Source: Anaerolineae bacterium (lineage in GTDB: Bacteria > Chloroflexota > Anaerolineae > B4-G1 > SLSP01). Taken from it: DNA of 57,848 bases. Positions 47,936 to 57,744 of the stretch are shown here, piece by piece. The notes under the pieces were generated by a model. The model saw only the letters and a program-made list of their open reading frames with translations. It had not been told where the DNA came from and made no database searches. How positions within the stretch are numbered: position 1 is the stretch's first letter; every line of letters starts with the position of its first letter. The position numbers and the translations under genes are program-made. The DNA lies in NCBI GenBank assembly GCA_049975385.1, contig JBNGDO010000006.1, positions 935 to 58,782 on the forward strand. Direction: 5' to 3'.

Positions 47936-49489
47936 ATGCCCCCCGTTTTGGAACTGAAGGGAATTACGAAACGCTTTCCTGGGGTGTTGGCGAATGACCA
48001 CATTGATCTGACCCTGGAAGAAGGCAAGGTCCTGGCGCTGTTGGGGGAAAACGGGGCCGGTAAAAGCACGTTGATGAATGTCCTCTACGGTTTGTACACG
48101 CCGGATGAGGGCGAAATCTTCGTGCGCGGCCAGAAAGCCGATATTCAAGGCCCCGGTGATGCAATTGCGTTAGGGATTGGCATGGTGCATCAGCACTTTA
48201 TGCTCGTGCCAGTACTCACCGTGACCGAGAACGTGATGCTTGGCATGGAATCTATCAAGAACAAGCTGTTTCTGGATCGTGAAGTGGCTGCCAAGCGGAT
48301 TCACGAGATCTCCGAGCAGTATGGTTTGGAGGTAGATCCTTATGCGATAGTGGGCGATTTGCCCGTGGGCATCCAACAGCGGGTGGAGATCATCAAGTTG
48401 CTATACCGCCAGGCCGATATTCTGATTTTGGACGAGCCGACCGCCGTATTGACGCCCCAAGAGGTGCGCGGACTTTTTCGGGTTATCCGTTCTCTGCTCT
48501 CCAAAGGCAAATCCATTATCTTTATCAGCCACAAGTTGAAGGAAGTCCTCGAAATCTCCGATAGCATTTTGGTATTGCGCGGGGGTCGCGTCGCCGGATT
48601 GGCGCTGCCGGAGGAAAGCAATGAGCGCAGTCTCGCTTCGTTGATGGTGGGCCGCGAGGTCATTCTCACTGTACCGAAGGAGAAGGCCCAACCCAAAGGT
48701 CCGGTGTTGGAAGTGGAGAACTTGCGCGTTAGGGGAGAGGGGACACACGTCGCTGTCCGCGGTGTCTCCTTCGATGTGCGCGCGGGTGAGATCGTGGGCG
48801 TGGCCGGTGTTCAGGGCAACGGACAGACCGAGTTGGTGGAATCGTTGGCCGGATTGCGTCCGGCGGAAAGCGGCGCGGTGCGACTGCTGGGCAAGGATGT
48901 GACCCACGCCTCGCCGCGCGTGATCACGGAGGCGGGTACGGCGCACATCCCCGAAGACCGGCAGCGTGATGGCCTGGTGCTCAGTTATCCCATCGCCGAT
49001 AATCTGATTTTGAACACATATTACCTTCCACCCGTCGCGCAGGGTTTGGTCATGCAGGAACCGGTGATCCAGGAGCGCGCCGAACGTCTGGTGGCCGAAT
49101 ACGATGTCCGCACGCCCAGTGTGCTGACGCCTACAGGCAGCCTGTCCGGCGGCAATCAGCAGAAGGTTATCGTAGCGCGTGAGTTGAGCCGGTCGGGCCA
49201 GTTCGTCATCGCCGCCCAACCTACACGCGGTCTGGATGTCGGCTCCATCGAATACATCCATTCCCAGTTGATCCAAAAACGCGATGAGGGTGCCGGGGTG
49301 CTGGTGGTCTCAGCCGAATTGGATGAGATCCTCTCGCTGACGGATCGCATCATCGTCATGTTTGAGGGCCGTATTATGGACATCGTGCCCATTGAGAAAG
49401 CGACCCGCGAAGATCTCGGGTTGCTCATGGCAGGAATTCATCTCGATGAACACGGGGCCGACGTCGCGGCCGCAAAGGAGGCAGCATGA
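47936..49489 (+). CDS. Nucleoside/sugar ABC transporter ATP-binding protein (two NBDs)
   Basis: GENGAGKS, GMVHQHF, DEPTAVLTPQE, LSGGNQQK, QPTRGLD. Confidence 0.93.
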   Translation: MPPVLELKGITKRFPGVLANDHIDLTLEEGKVLALLGENGAGKSTLMNVLYGLYTPDEGEIFVRGQKADIQGPGDAIALGIGMVHQHFMLVPVLTVTENVMLGMESIKNKLFLDREVAAKRIHEISEQYGLEVDPYAIVGDLPVGIQQRVEIIKLLYRQADILILDEPTAVLTPQEVRGLFRVIRSLLSKGKSIIFISHKLKEVLEISDSILVLRGGRVAGLALPEESNERSLASLMVGREVILTVPKEKAQPKGPVLEVENLRVRGEGTHVAVRGVSFDVRAGEIVGVAGVQGNGQTELVESLAGLRPAESGAVRLLGKDVTHASPRVITEAGTAHIPEDRQRDGLVLSYPIADNLILNTYYLPPVAQGLVMQEPVIQERAERLVAEYDVRTPSVLTPTGSLSGGNQQKVIVARELSRSGQFVIAAQPTRGLDVGSIEYIHSQLIQKRDEGAGVLVVSAELDEILSLTDRIIVMFEGRIMDIVPIEKATREDLGLLMAGIHLDEHGADVAAAKEAA

Positions 49490-50742
49490 GCAAGAAGAAC
49501 GCGACGCAAAAGGCAGCGCAGAAGGAACGCTCTGGTAGTCGTTGGCGTGCGTTGCTCACACCAGTGATGGCGATTGTCACGGCGCTGATTCTGGGCGCGG
49601 TCGTGATCGTCGTGACCGACACCGCCGTCTACGATGCATTTAGGGAGAGTTTTGGCGCTGGTCTGCTGAGCATAGTGGAGGTGGTCGCTACCGCTTATGG
49701 CGCTTTCTTCACCGGTGCTTTTGGCGATCCGGCACGGATGGTGCGGGGTTTGAACACCTGGATCACGACCGGTGATGGGAGCGCCTGGACGCAGTCACTA
49801 TACCCGATTACCGAGACTTTGCGCTACGCTACGCCATACATCTTCGCCGGTTTGGCAGTGGCAGTCGGTTTCCGCGGTGGTCTCTTCAATATCGGCGCAG
49901 AAGGCCAATACTTCATCGCCGGATTGACGACGGTCTTTGTGGGGTATGCGCTTACCGGCGTGCCGTGGTTCATCCACGCGCCGCTGGCGCTGTTGGCGGG
50001 CATTCTGGGCGGCGCGGCTTGGGGTGTCATCCCTGGCTATCTCAAGGCCAAGACCGGCGCGCACGAGGTGATCAACACGATCATGCTCAACTACATCGCC
50101 TTCCGCTTTGCGGAATTTATGCTTGATGTCGGCGGCCCGCTGGCGCGTGGCGATGGGCGCCCGGTCAGCCCCGTGATTGAGCCTTCGGCCCAACTGGCAC
50201 AGTTCTTCCCCTCCAATCCCAATATTCGCTTCAACGTGGGCTTCTTTCTGGCGCTGCTGGCGGCGGGTTTTGTATACTGGCTGCTCTTCAAGACGACGAT
50301 TGGCTATGAGATTCGCACGGTGGGCCAGAATCCACGCGCGGCGAAATACGCCGGGATGAACGTGGCTCGTACGGTGGTGCTCACCATGGCCCTGAGCGGC
50401 GGTCTGGCAGGGTTAGCGGCGTCGCACGATATTCTCGGCGTCATCGGCTTTATGCCCAACGCCTTCTCTTCGGGCTACGGTTTTGATGCGATCGCGTTGG
50501 CGTTGCTCGGCAATAGCCACCCGTTTGGGGTCGTGCTGGCGTCGTTGCTCTTTGGCGCGTTGCAGGCTGGCGCGCGTAACATGCAAGCCATCGCGCGTGT
50601 CCCTCTGGACCTCACCGATATTCTCCAGGGGTTGATCATCATCTTCATCGCGGCCCCGGCAATCATCCGGGCCTTGTACCGGTTGCGTGCACTGGAAGAG
50701 GGTGAGGGCGCGGTGCTGACACGCGGCTGGGGACAGTTGTAG
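49486..50742 (+). CDS. Nucleoside ABC transporter permease
   Basis: GLFNIGAEGQ, HEVINTIMLNY, GYGFDAIALALLG. Confidence 0.92.
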   Translation: MSKKNATQKAAQKERSGSRWRALLTPVMAIVTALILGAVVIVVTDTAVYDAFRESFGAGLLSIVEVVATAYGAFFTGAFGDPARMVRGLNTWITTGDGSAWTQSLYPITETLRYATPYIFAGLAVAVGFRGGLFNIGAEGQYFIAGLTTVFVGYALTGVPWFIHAPLALLAGILGGAAWGVIPGYLKAKTGAHEVINTIMLNYIAFRFAEFMLDVGGPLARGDGRPVSPVIEPSAQLAQFFPSNPNIRFNVGFFLALLAAGFVYWLLFKTTIGYEIRTVGQNPRAAKYAGMNVARTVVLTMALSGGLAGLAASHDILGVIGFMPNAFSSGYGFDAIALALLGNSHPFGVVLASLLFGALQAGARNMQAIARVPLDLTDILQGLIIIFIAAPAIIRALYRLRALEEGEGAVLTRGWGQL

Positions 50743-50751
50743 GAGGTCGCC

Positions 50752-51996
50752 ATGAACGAGAATGACAAAAATACTCGCCGGGCGCGGACGTGGGGAATTG
50801 TGTTTCTGGTTTTTGCGGCGTTGATGCTCACCCTCTTCCTTCCCGGTACGACGGGAAGCCAGCGGACGACCTTTGCCTTCGATCTGGAACTGAGTGAGGC
50901 GGTGCCTATCGGCAGCCTGACTTTCAGCACGCAGGGGGGACTCTATCTGCTGGCCGTGGTGGCGGTTTTTCTGGGAGCATGGCAGCTCGCCAGGGGCTTC
51001 AAACAAGTGTACTTGATTCTGGGAGTTGTGGTCGTGGCATTTGTGCTGGCCTTCCTGACATGGGCGGCGCGCGACAACTCGATGAATATGACCGGGATGT
51101 TGCAGTCCACGTTGCTACGGGCGGTTCCAATCACCCTGGCGGCGTTGAGCGGCGTCATGTGTGAGCGCTGCGCCGTCATCAACATCGGTATCGAAGGTAT
51201 GATGCTCACTGGCGCTTTCGCCGCGGCGTTGATCGGTAGCCTCGGTCAGAACGTATGGGTGGGCCTGCTCGCGGCATTGCTCGCCGGTGGTCTGATGGGG
51301 GCGTTGCTTGCAGTGCTGGCTATCCGCTACAAGGTCGACCAGATCATAGCCGGTACGGCGATCAACATTCTGGCGACAGGCTTGACCAGCTATTTCAGTT
51401 CGCGTTATCTGCAGTCTATTCCCGAACTGAACAGGCCGCCCACGTTCAGCTCGATTCCATTGCCAGGACTGTCGCGCCTGCCAATCCTGGGGCCGGTGCT
51501 GTTCACGACCACGGTGCCAGTTTACCTGATGTTGATCCTGGTCGGTGTGATTCACGTGATGTTGTTCTACACCCGGTGGGGCTTGCGGACGCGCGCCGTG
51601 GGCGAACATCCTAAGGCTGCCGATACATTGGGCGTGAATGTATTTAAGACACGCTACGTCAACGTCATTCTCGGCGGTATGGTCGCCGGGCTGGGTGGGG
51701 CGTATCTGGTGCTGAGTTCGGTGGCCCGCTTCGATGAGAATATGACTGCCGGGCGCGGCTTCATCGGTCTTGCGGCGATGATCTTTGGCAAGTGGAATCC
51801 GATTGGCTCTCTGGCCGCTTCGCTGATCTTCGGCTTTGCGGACTCGTTGCGGACCAACCTGGCAATCTTGCGCGTGCCGATTCCGTCGCAGTTCCTGCTG
51901 ATGGCACCTTACCTGGTGACGATGATCGTCTTGGCCGGAGTGGTAGGGCGGGCCAATCCGCCTGCCGCCGACGGCGAACCTTACGAGAAACAGTAG
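50752..51996 (+). CDS. Nucleoside ABC transporter permease
   Basis: NIGIEGMM, GEHPKAADTLGVNV, GRGFIGLAAMIFGKW. Confidence 0.92.
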   Translation: MNENDKNTRRARTWGIVFLVFAALMLTLFLPGTTGSQRTTFAFDLELSEAVPIGSLTFSTQGGLYLLAVVAVFLGAWQLARGFKQVYLILGVVVVAFVLAFLTWAARDNSMNMTGMLQSTLLRAVPITLAALSGVMCERCAVINIGIEGMMLTGAFAAALIGSLGQNVWVGLLAALLAGGLMGALLAVLAIRYKVDQIIAGTAINILATGLTSYFSSRYLQSIPELNRPPTFSSIPLPGLSRLPILGPVLFTTTVPVYLMLILVGVIHVMLFYTRWGLRTRAVGEHPKAADTLGVNVFKTRYVNVILGGMVAGLGGAYLVLSSVARFDENMTAGRGFIGLAAMIFGKWNPIGSLAASLIFGFADSLRTNLAILRVPIPSQFLLMAPYLVTMIVLAGVVGRANPPAADGEPYEKQ

Positions 51997-52054
51997 CTGC
52001 CACTACCTTTCCAAAGCTACTACGTTTCAAAGATTATTGGTGGAGTGAGTTGTA

Positions 52055-52094
52055 AGGGGAAGGTGTGTCTGGATGCACCTTCCCCTACTTTTTT
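52055..52094 (+). terminator. Rho-independent terminator
   Basis: AGGGGAAGGTGTGTC / GATGCACCTTCCCCT then T tract. Confidence 0.75.
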
Positions 52095-52134
52095 GCCAGT
52101 GTAGGGGCACCTGCTGGCAGTGAGGAGGTTGTAT

Positions 52135-53274
52135 TTGACGCAAGTGCAGTTAAGCTCTTTGGACGTATCTACATCTTTGCGGTCGATTGCCGAACAGTTC
52201 GATTTTGTGGGTGACGTATTGGATGTGCAGCGTTATGGCTCCGGCAATGTGAACGATACGTTTCTGGTCACACTGGCCTCCGATCCACGCGAAAAAGCGA
52301 TTCTGCAGAAGGTCAATCAACAAGTCTTTCGCCGCCCGGAGTTGATCATTCTGAATATGCGTGCGTTTATGGAGCATATTTGGACAACGAATGGGAGATG
52401 TGCGGATACTCAGGGACGCCGTTGGGAGACGCCCGATATCATCAGCGCCAAAGATGGCGCGGACTATTGGCGCGACCCCGAAGATGGCTTCTGGCGCATG
52501 ACGACGTTTGTCAAAGATGCCCAGACGTATGACACGATTCGAGACCGGCGCCATGCCGGGGAAATTGGGTACGCACTTGGCCGTTTCCACAGCCTGATCA
52601 GCGATCTTTCGGTGGAGAAGCTTCACGATACGCTCGAGGGGTTTCACATCACCCCCCGCTACCTGGCGCACTACGATGCCGTCGTAGCGAAAGGTCAGCA
52701 CAAATCGTCACCCGATATCGAATACGGGCGAAATTTTGTTGCACGGCGTCGCGCTTGGGCTTCAGTGCTGGAAGCCGCGGTTCAGGACGGTGAATTGGTG
52801 TTGCGTCCCATCCACGGCGATCCCAAAGTCAACAATATTCTGATCGACGACGCCACCGGGCAGGCCGTCAGCATTATCGATCTGGACACGGTCAAGCCGG
52901 GGCTGGTGCATTACGACATCGGCGATTGTCTGCGCTCATGTTGCAATCCCCTGGGTGAGGAAACTGAGGCTTTCGATGCGGTGCGATTTGAAACCGATCT
53001 GTGCCAGACCATTTTGGAGGGCTATCTGGCCGAGGCGCGGCATTTTATGACCGGCAAGGATTACGACTACATCTATGACGCGATGCGTTTGATCGCGTTT
53101 GAGTTGGGGCTGCGCTTCTTCACCGATTACCTGGAAGGCAACGTGTACTTTAAGACGAAAGATGCGGAGCACAATCTGCGCCGTGCTCTGGTGCAGTTCC
53201 GCCTGACCGAAAGCATCGAGGCACAGGCCGGCGCCATTCGCGCGATTGTGGCCTCGCAACGAATCAAGCCGTGA
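52135..53274 (+). CDS. APH-family phosphotransferase, N-acetylhexosamine 1-kinase-like
   Basis: GSGNVNDT, HGDPKVNN, IDLDT, LRFFTDYLEGNVYFK; TTG start after GAGGAGG. Confidence 0.8.
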   Translation: MTQVQLSSLDVSTSLRSIAEQFDFVGDVLDVQRYGSGNVNDTFLVTLASDPREKAILQKVNQQVFRRPELIILNMRAFMEHIWTTNGRCADTQGRRWETPDIISAKDGADYWRDPEDGFWRMTTFVKDAQTYDTIRDRRHAGEIGYALGRFHSLISDLSVEKLHDTLEGFHITPRYLAHYDAVVAKGQHKSSPDIEYGRNFVARRRAWASVLEAAVQDGELVLRPIHGDPKVNNILIDDATGQAVSIIDLDTVKPGLVHYDIGDCLRSCCNPLGEETEAFDAVRFETDLCQTILEGYLAEARHFMTGKDYDYIYDAMRLIAFELGLRFFTDYLEGNVYFKTKDAEHNLRRALVQFRLTESIEAQAGAIRAIVASQRIKP

Positions 53275-53377
53275 TCAGCGTCGTTTCGTTTTACCGTGTT
53301 TGAGCTTGTACTTCCCCTATAGTTAATGTGGTGTATAATAAAGGTAATATATCCATACAATCGAGGTGGATAAAAAG

Positions 53378-53662
53378 ATGGGTGAAGATGTACGCCGTAT
53401 TAATGTGATTTTTCCTCGCCGGTTGCTTGAGGAGCTGGATGCGCTGATTCCCTCCGGTAAGCGCAGTGAAGTCGTCGTTGAAGCTACGGCTTCGTACCTG
53501 GCGCGTCTCAAAGTCCTGGCTGCGTTGCGGGAGACCTCCGGTGTATGGAAATCCGCCGATCATCCTGATTTGATTACCCCTGAGGATGTTAACGGCTGGC
53601 TGGAGGCTTTGCGCTCAACCTGGCGCCGTGTGCCTCTCTTTACGGAGGAGGTGGATGGCTGA
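53378..53662 (+). CDS. Ribbon-helix-helix antitoxin (VapB-like)
   Basis: RINVIFP...LEELD...KRSEVV RHH pattern; overlaps the PIN gene. Confidence 0.75.
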   Translation: MGEDVRRINVIFPRRLLEELDALIPSGKRSEVVVEATASYLARLKVLAALRETSGVWKSADHPDLITPEDVNGWLEALRSTWRRVPLFTEEVDG

Positions 53663-54059
53663 TTACTTGCTGGACTCCAACGTCCTCATTCAACATCTCC
53701 GGGGTCATCAACCTACGACGGCTCTGCTGACGCGTCTGGCTTTGGATGGGCAATTGGGTGTTGCCGTTATCTCGCGTATGGAGGTGTTGGCCGGGATGCG
53801 CGAGCACGAACGTGAGGCCACGCTGCGCTTTCTCAATGCTCTGGCCTGTTATGCTGTGAATAGACCCATTGCCGATTTGGCAGGTGAATGGCTGCGTCGT
53901 TATCGTCAACAGGACGTGACATTGGATGTGGCAGACGCGCTCATTGCTGCTACTGCGCACCATCACGATCTGATCTTGCTGACTTATAATCCCCGCCATT
54001 TCCCCATGCCGGAGTTAAGACAGTATCACGAGATGCCGGACTTGTCCGCTTCATCCTAG
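53655..54059 (+). CDS. vapC: PIN-domain toxin
   Basis: YLLDSNVLI, E in SRMEV, DALIAATA, LLTYNPRHF. Confidence 0.88.
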   Translation: MADYLLDSNVLIQHLRGHQPTTALLTRLALDGQLGVAVISRMEVLAGMREHEREATLRFLNALACYAVNRPIADLAGEWLRRYRQQDVTLDVADALIAATAHHHDLILLTYNPRHFPMPELRQYHEMPDLSASS

Positions 54060-54083
54060 AGTGGCCGTGGATAGCATGAATGA

Positions 54084-55526
54084 ATGATGTCGACAACGCG
54101 ACCTGATACCTGGCCCCCCGAGTTTGTCGAGCGCATGCGCGCCTGGCTTGGCGATGACGCGGGCCGCGCTGGCGCGGACGCTTTCTTTGCCGCGTTGGCG
54201 ACGCGCGACGTGGGGCTGCGCCTCAATCCCGCGCGCGGCCCGCTCGACGAACTGCGCGCGTGCATCCCGTGGCAAACCCAACCGATTCCCTGGTGCCCGG
54301 AAGGCCTGTGGCTCCAGGAAGAGGCGCAGGCCGGCGCGCATCTCTACCACACGCTCGGCGTCTACTACATGCAGGACCCCAGCGCGATGGCGGCGGCGGT
54401 GCTGCTCGATCCCCGTCCCGACGAATGGGTGCTCGACCTTGCTGCCGCGCCCGGCGGCAAGACAACGCATATCGCTGCAAGAATGCAGTTCGCCGCACGG
54501 ATGATGGCGGCCACGCCGGAGCGTGGCGCTCCCAGGGGAGTGCTCGTCGCCAACGAGATCGCCCGCCGCCGCGCCTCCGTGCTGGCGATGAACGTGGAAC
54601 GCATGGGGGTCACCAATGCGCTGATCACCAACGAGACGCCGGAACGTCTGTCCGCGCGCTGGCCTGGACTGTTCGACGCGGTGCTGGTGGATGCGCCGTG
54701 CTCCGGTGAGGGCACGTTCTCCCGCGATTCGCAAGCGATCCGCGATTGGAGCCTGGACACGGTATTCGGCAACGCGCGCCGCCAAAAGTTGATCCTCGAA
54801 CAGACCGCGCCGTTGGTGCGGCGTGGCGGGCGGCTGCTCTATGGGACGTGCACCTTTGCGCCGGAAGAGAACGAGGGCGTGATTGCCGGCTTCCTGGCGG
54901 GACATCCCGATTTCGAGATCGTTGATCTCCCGCAGGTGCCGGGCCTGTATCCCGGACGCCCAGAATGGGTAGGCGCGCCAGAGATCCTGCGGCGTGCGGG
55001 GCGCTTCTGGCCGCACACCGGGCCGGGGCACGGGCACTTCTACGCACTGTTGCGCCGTCAGGGTGAGCCGCCCAACGGCCTGCCCGAGCGCTGGACGGGG
55101 AGCGACATCCCCGGACGCGTGTGGAACCTTTACCAGAAGACCATCGGCGAGACATTGGTCGCCCCCGTTTCTGACAGGGGCCTGCTGCTGACCAAAACCG
55201 ATGACCTCTACGTGACCCCGATGGATCCCAGGTTATGGAAGGGCTTGCACGTGTTGCGCCCCGGTTGGTGGATGGCCTCGTTGCGCCACAACAAAATCTG
55301 GCCCGACCACGCGCTGGCGACGGCGCTGCTGCCAGAGGACGTCCACGAGGTCGTCGATCTGGCGCAGGACGATTCCCGGCTGGCGAACTACCTGCGGGGA
55401 AGTTTCTGGCCCGATCGCGGCCCGGCGGGCTATGTGCTCATCGCCGTCGATGGCTTCCCCGTGGGGTGGGCCAAGCGTGGGGGTGGGCGTTTGCGCAGCC
55501 GTTATCCGGTTCACCTACGAGGGTAG
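54084..55526 (+). CDS. rsmF: RsmF/NOL1-NOP2-Sun family RNA m5C methyltransferase
   Basis: YMQDPSAM, DLAAAPGGKT, VDAPCSGEG, YGTCTFAPEENE; RsmF-like C-terminus (PDHALA, GWAK). Confidence 0.82.
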   Translation: MMSTTRPDTWPPEFVERMRAWLGDDAGRAGADAFFAALATRDVGLRLNPARGPLDELRACIPWQTQPIPWCPEGLWLQEEAQAGAHLYHTLGVYYMQDPSAMAAAVLLDPRPDEWVLDLAAAPGGKTTHIAARMQFAARMMAATPERGAPRGVLVANEIARRRASVLAMNVERMGVTNALITNETPERLSARWPGLFDAVLVDAPCSGEGTFSRDSQAIRDWSLDTVFGNARRQKLILEQTAPLVRRGGRLLYGTCTFAPEENEGVIAGFLAGHPDFEIVDLPQVPGLYPGRPEWVGAPEILRRAGRFWPHTGPGHGHFYALLRRQGEPPNGLPERWTGSDIPGRVWNLYQKTIGETLVAPVSDRGLLLTKTDDLYVTPMDPRLWKGLHVLRPGWWMASLRHNKIWPDHALATALLPEDVHEVVDLAQDDSRLANYLRGSFWPDRGPAGYVLIAVDGFPVGWAKRGGGRLRSRYPVHLRG

Positions 55527-55551
55527 ACAGCAGACAGGGACAGGGGGGGGC

Positions 55552-56097
55552 TTGTTCCAGCGGATATATCTGGCGATTGAGCGCGTCGTGATGATGCATT
55601 TGGTGCCGCGAGACAAACCGGGACCAATCTGGCGCGTGATTTTCAAACAGCCGATTTGGCTCTACAAGCTTGGCCTGGGGGGGCTGCTTGGCAAGCGGGT
55701 GTTACTGTTGCACACGACCGGCGGAAAAACGGGCAAACACCGGATCACGCCGTTGGAGTACAGCTACGATCTCGCCGCCGATACCTACACGGTGATGGCG
55801 GGGTGGGGCGGTATGACGGACTGGTACCGCAACGCGCGGGCCAATCCGCAGGTGTACGTCCAGGTGGGACGGCGCGCGTTCGACGCAATTGCGCAGCCGG
55901 TTCCGCGTGAGGAAGTGGCGCAGATGTTGGCGGAGATCATTGCGATCAATCCGCGAGCGCTGCGGATGTTTGCCCGCTGGTCTGATGAACCGGTGGACGG
56001 TTCGCCAGAGAGCCTGCGGAAGTTAGCTGTGCATTTCCCGTCGTTGACGCTGCGCCCGCAGCGGAAAGCCGCCGGGGTAGACGACGTCCCCCTGTAA
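55552..56097 (+). CDS. Deazaflavin (F420)-dependent nitroreductase-family oxidoreductase
   Basis: LLLHTTGGKTGKHRITPL, DWYRNARANP; start uncertain. Confidence 0.8.
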   Translation: MFQRIYLAIERVVMMHLVPRDKPGPIWRVIFKQPIWLYKLGLGGLLGKRVLLLHTTGGKTGKHRITPLEYSYDLAADTYTVMAGWGGMTDWYRNARANPQVYVQVGRRAFDAIAQPVPREEVAQMLAEIIAINPRALRMFARWSDEPVDGSPESLRKLAVHFPSLTLRPQRKAAGVDDVPL

Positions 56098-56469
56098 TCA
56101 GCCGCAGCAAACTGTTGGCTCAGGCCCACAGCAGGCCGGTTCAGGCCCACCGCACGTTGGTTCCTTCAGGCCACGCAGTGCCGCGTTGATCATCGCCGCC
56201 GCGCAGCCCACGCCGCTATTCACGAACAGCGCGCCGGTAGGACAGTTAAGCATGCACGCGCCACACTCCATGCAGGCGTCTGCTTGCACGATCTGCACCC
56301 GCCGCGTTCCCCGCGCGCCCGGCGCGAACACCCCCTGCGGACACACCGCACTGCACATCCCACAGTTGATGCAGATATCCACATTAAACGCTAACGTGTT
56401 GTGCTTGCTCAGCGCCACAAATCCGATTTGCGCATCGTTCGCGCCTGTTGTTTCATTACAACATGTCAT
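56098..56469 (-). CDS. hgcB: Mercury methylation 2[4Fe-4S] ferredoxin HgcB
   Basis: CINCGMCSAVCP and CMECGACMLNCP; GVGCA; C-terminal CC; downstream of hgcA. Confidence 0.92.
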   Translation of the reverse strand: MTCCNETTGANDAQIGFVALSKHNTLAFNVDICINCGMCSAVCPQGVFAPGARGTRRVQIVQADACMECGACMLNCPTGALFVNSGVGCAAAMINAALRGLKEPTCGGPEPACCGPEPTVCCG

Positions 56470-56604
56470 TTCCTGCTCCTTCGAAAATAGCTGGGATCGC
56501 CAGCATCCTGCTGGCCTCCGGCAAATGATAGCGCCAGCGAGACGCCCACGCTCCATTTTCGTGCCGGATGGTGTACGTCAGCACCGGCGTCTCCCCGGAG
56601 AATA

Positions 56605-56673
56605 AACCACGAACCTACACCAATCCTCACGAATGGCAAAAATTAGTGTAAATTCGTGAAGATTGGTGGTAAA
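56605..56673. repeat. REP-like palindrome (CACGAAT / ATTCGTG type) between hgcA and hgcB
   Basis: accacgaacctacaccaatcctcacgaat ... attagtgtaaattcgtgaagattggtggt. Confidence 0.65.
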
Positions 56674-56692
56674 ATCCTTGTCTTCGATGGGA

Positions 56693-57652
56693 CTATTTTG
56701 CTCGTCGCGTCAAGCGCAGCACGAGCGCCAACAGCACGCCGGCCCCGAACATCCCCGCCATCACGCGGATGTACTTGAACATCTCGCGCTTCACGCCGGT
56801 CTTAGACGTGAACGGCGTCGCGCCGGTAAAGTTGAGTGCCAGGAAGGCCGTCACCGGTGGCAGACTGAGCATGTAGGCCAGCGGCCAACCGCGCCCCTCT
56901 CTGCGTTTCCGGGACGCCAGCGCAAACGGCAGCGCGGTCAGCCCACCCAGGATAAAGCCTTTGCTGCTGAAATCTCCGGTGGGCAGCCAGGGCAGCAAGA
57001 TAGGGAACAAAGCCGCTCCGGTCAGTACCGCTGCGACCGCGCCTGCTGCCGCCAACGGTCCCATCAGGACGGCCAACACCAGCGCCGTCGGTTTGGCCAG
57101 GTGGACCAGTTCCACCGGAATCAGCACCAGCCGGTCGCGCAAGGGAAAGCGTACCTGCCGCATCTCCGGGGTGGCCTGATGCGTTTTGAGGTACTCCAGC
57201 AAATCGGCGGCGCGCACGGGGCCGTACTCCACCTTGAAGCCTGTGCGCTGCTTGACCTCGTGCGCAGCGACGCCGGGCGCGCCCAACTGCGGCAGGATCA
57301 GCGTCCGGTGGCTGACTATGTCAGACAAATACGCAGCCTCGACGCGCTGCACGATCTCGTCTGTGCCGAACGTGCCCTTGCCGGCGGCGCACCATACGTT
57401 GATGCCCATCGTATCCAGTACCAGGATGTAACCATCCACGCCCGGCAGGGATGAGCGCAGTGCATCGAAGCTCAACGTGTAGTTGGCAGTGACGAACACC
57501 GGCGATTCCATCGTAGGATGTCCGAGCGCGTACAGTCCCGGCGTCACGCGATGGTCGCCGCGCCGGTAGCCCCACCGCGCCAGAAAGTGATCCCAGTGAT
57601 CGGCAAAGGTTAAAGTGCTAGTGGTGTGCATAAGATCAGGTGTTGCGTTCAT
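56693..57652 (-). CDS. hgcA: Mercury methylation corrinoid protein HgcA
   Basis: Cap-helix GINVWCAAGKGTFGT; NYTLSFDALR; LPQLGA; YGPVRA; C-terminal TM domain with NFTGATPFTS. Confidence 0.95.
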   Translation of the reverse strand: MNATPDLMHTTSTLTFADHWDHFLARWGYRRGDHRVTPGLYALGHPTMESPVFVTANYTLSFDALRSSLPGVDGYILVLDTMGINVWCAAGKGTFGTDEIVQRVEAAYLSDIVSHRTLILPQLGAPGVAAHEVKQRTGFKVEYGPVRAADLLEYLKTHQATPEMRQVRFPLRDRLVLIPVELVHLAKPTALVLAVLMGPLAAAGAVAAVLTGAALFPILLPWLPTGDFSSKGFILGGLTALPFALASRKRREGRGWPLAYMLSLPPVTAFLALNFTGATPFTSKTGVKREMFKYIRVMAGMFGAGVLLALVLRLTRRAK

Positions 57653-57670
57653 TCATATCCTCCGGTTTAG

Positions 57671-57740
57671 TAGACGGTAGACAGTAGACAGTAGACAGGG
57701 GAAGAGAAACCTCGTATGCCGTCTACTGTCTACCGTCTAC
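57671..57740. repeat. Palindromic GTAGACA / TGTCTAC heptamer array
   Basis: tagacggtagacagtagacagtagacagggg ... gtctactgtctaccgtctac. Confidence 0.75.
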
Positions 57741-57744
57741 TTGA

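Noticed and set aside
57653-57670. Selenocysteine-containing N-terminal extension of HgcA (in-frame TGA directly before the ATG)
   Set aside because: The TGA is preceded by Ile rather than Cys, a good SD (GGAGG) sits right before the ATG, and the upstream sequence is a heptamer repeat.
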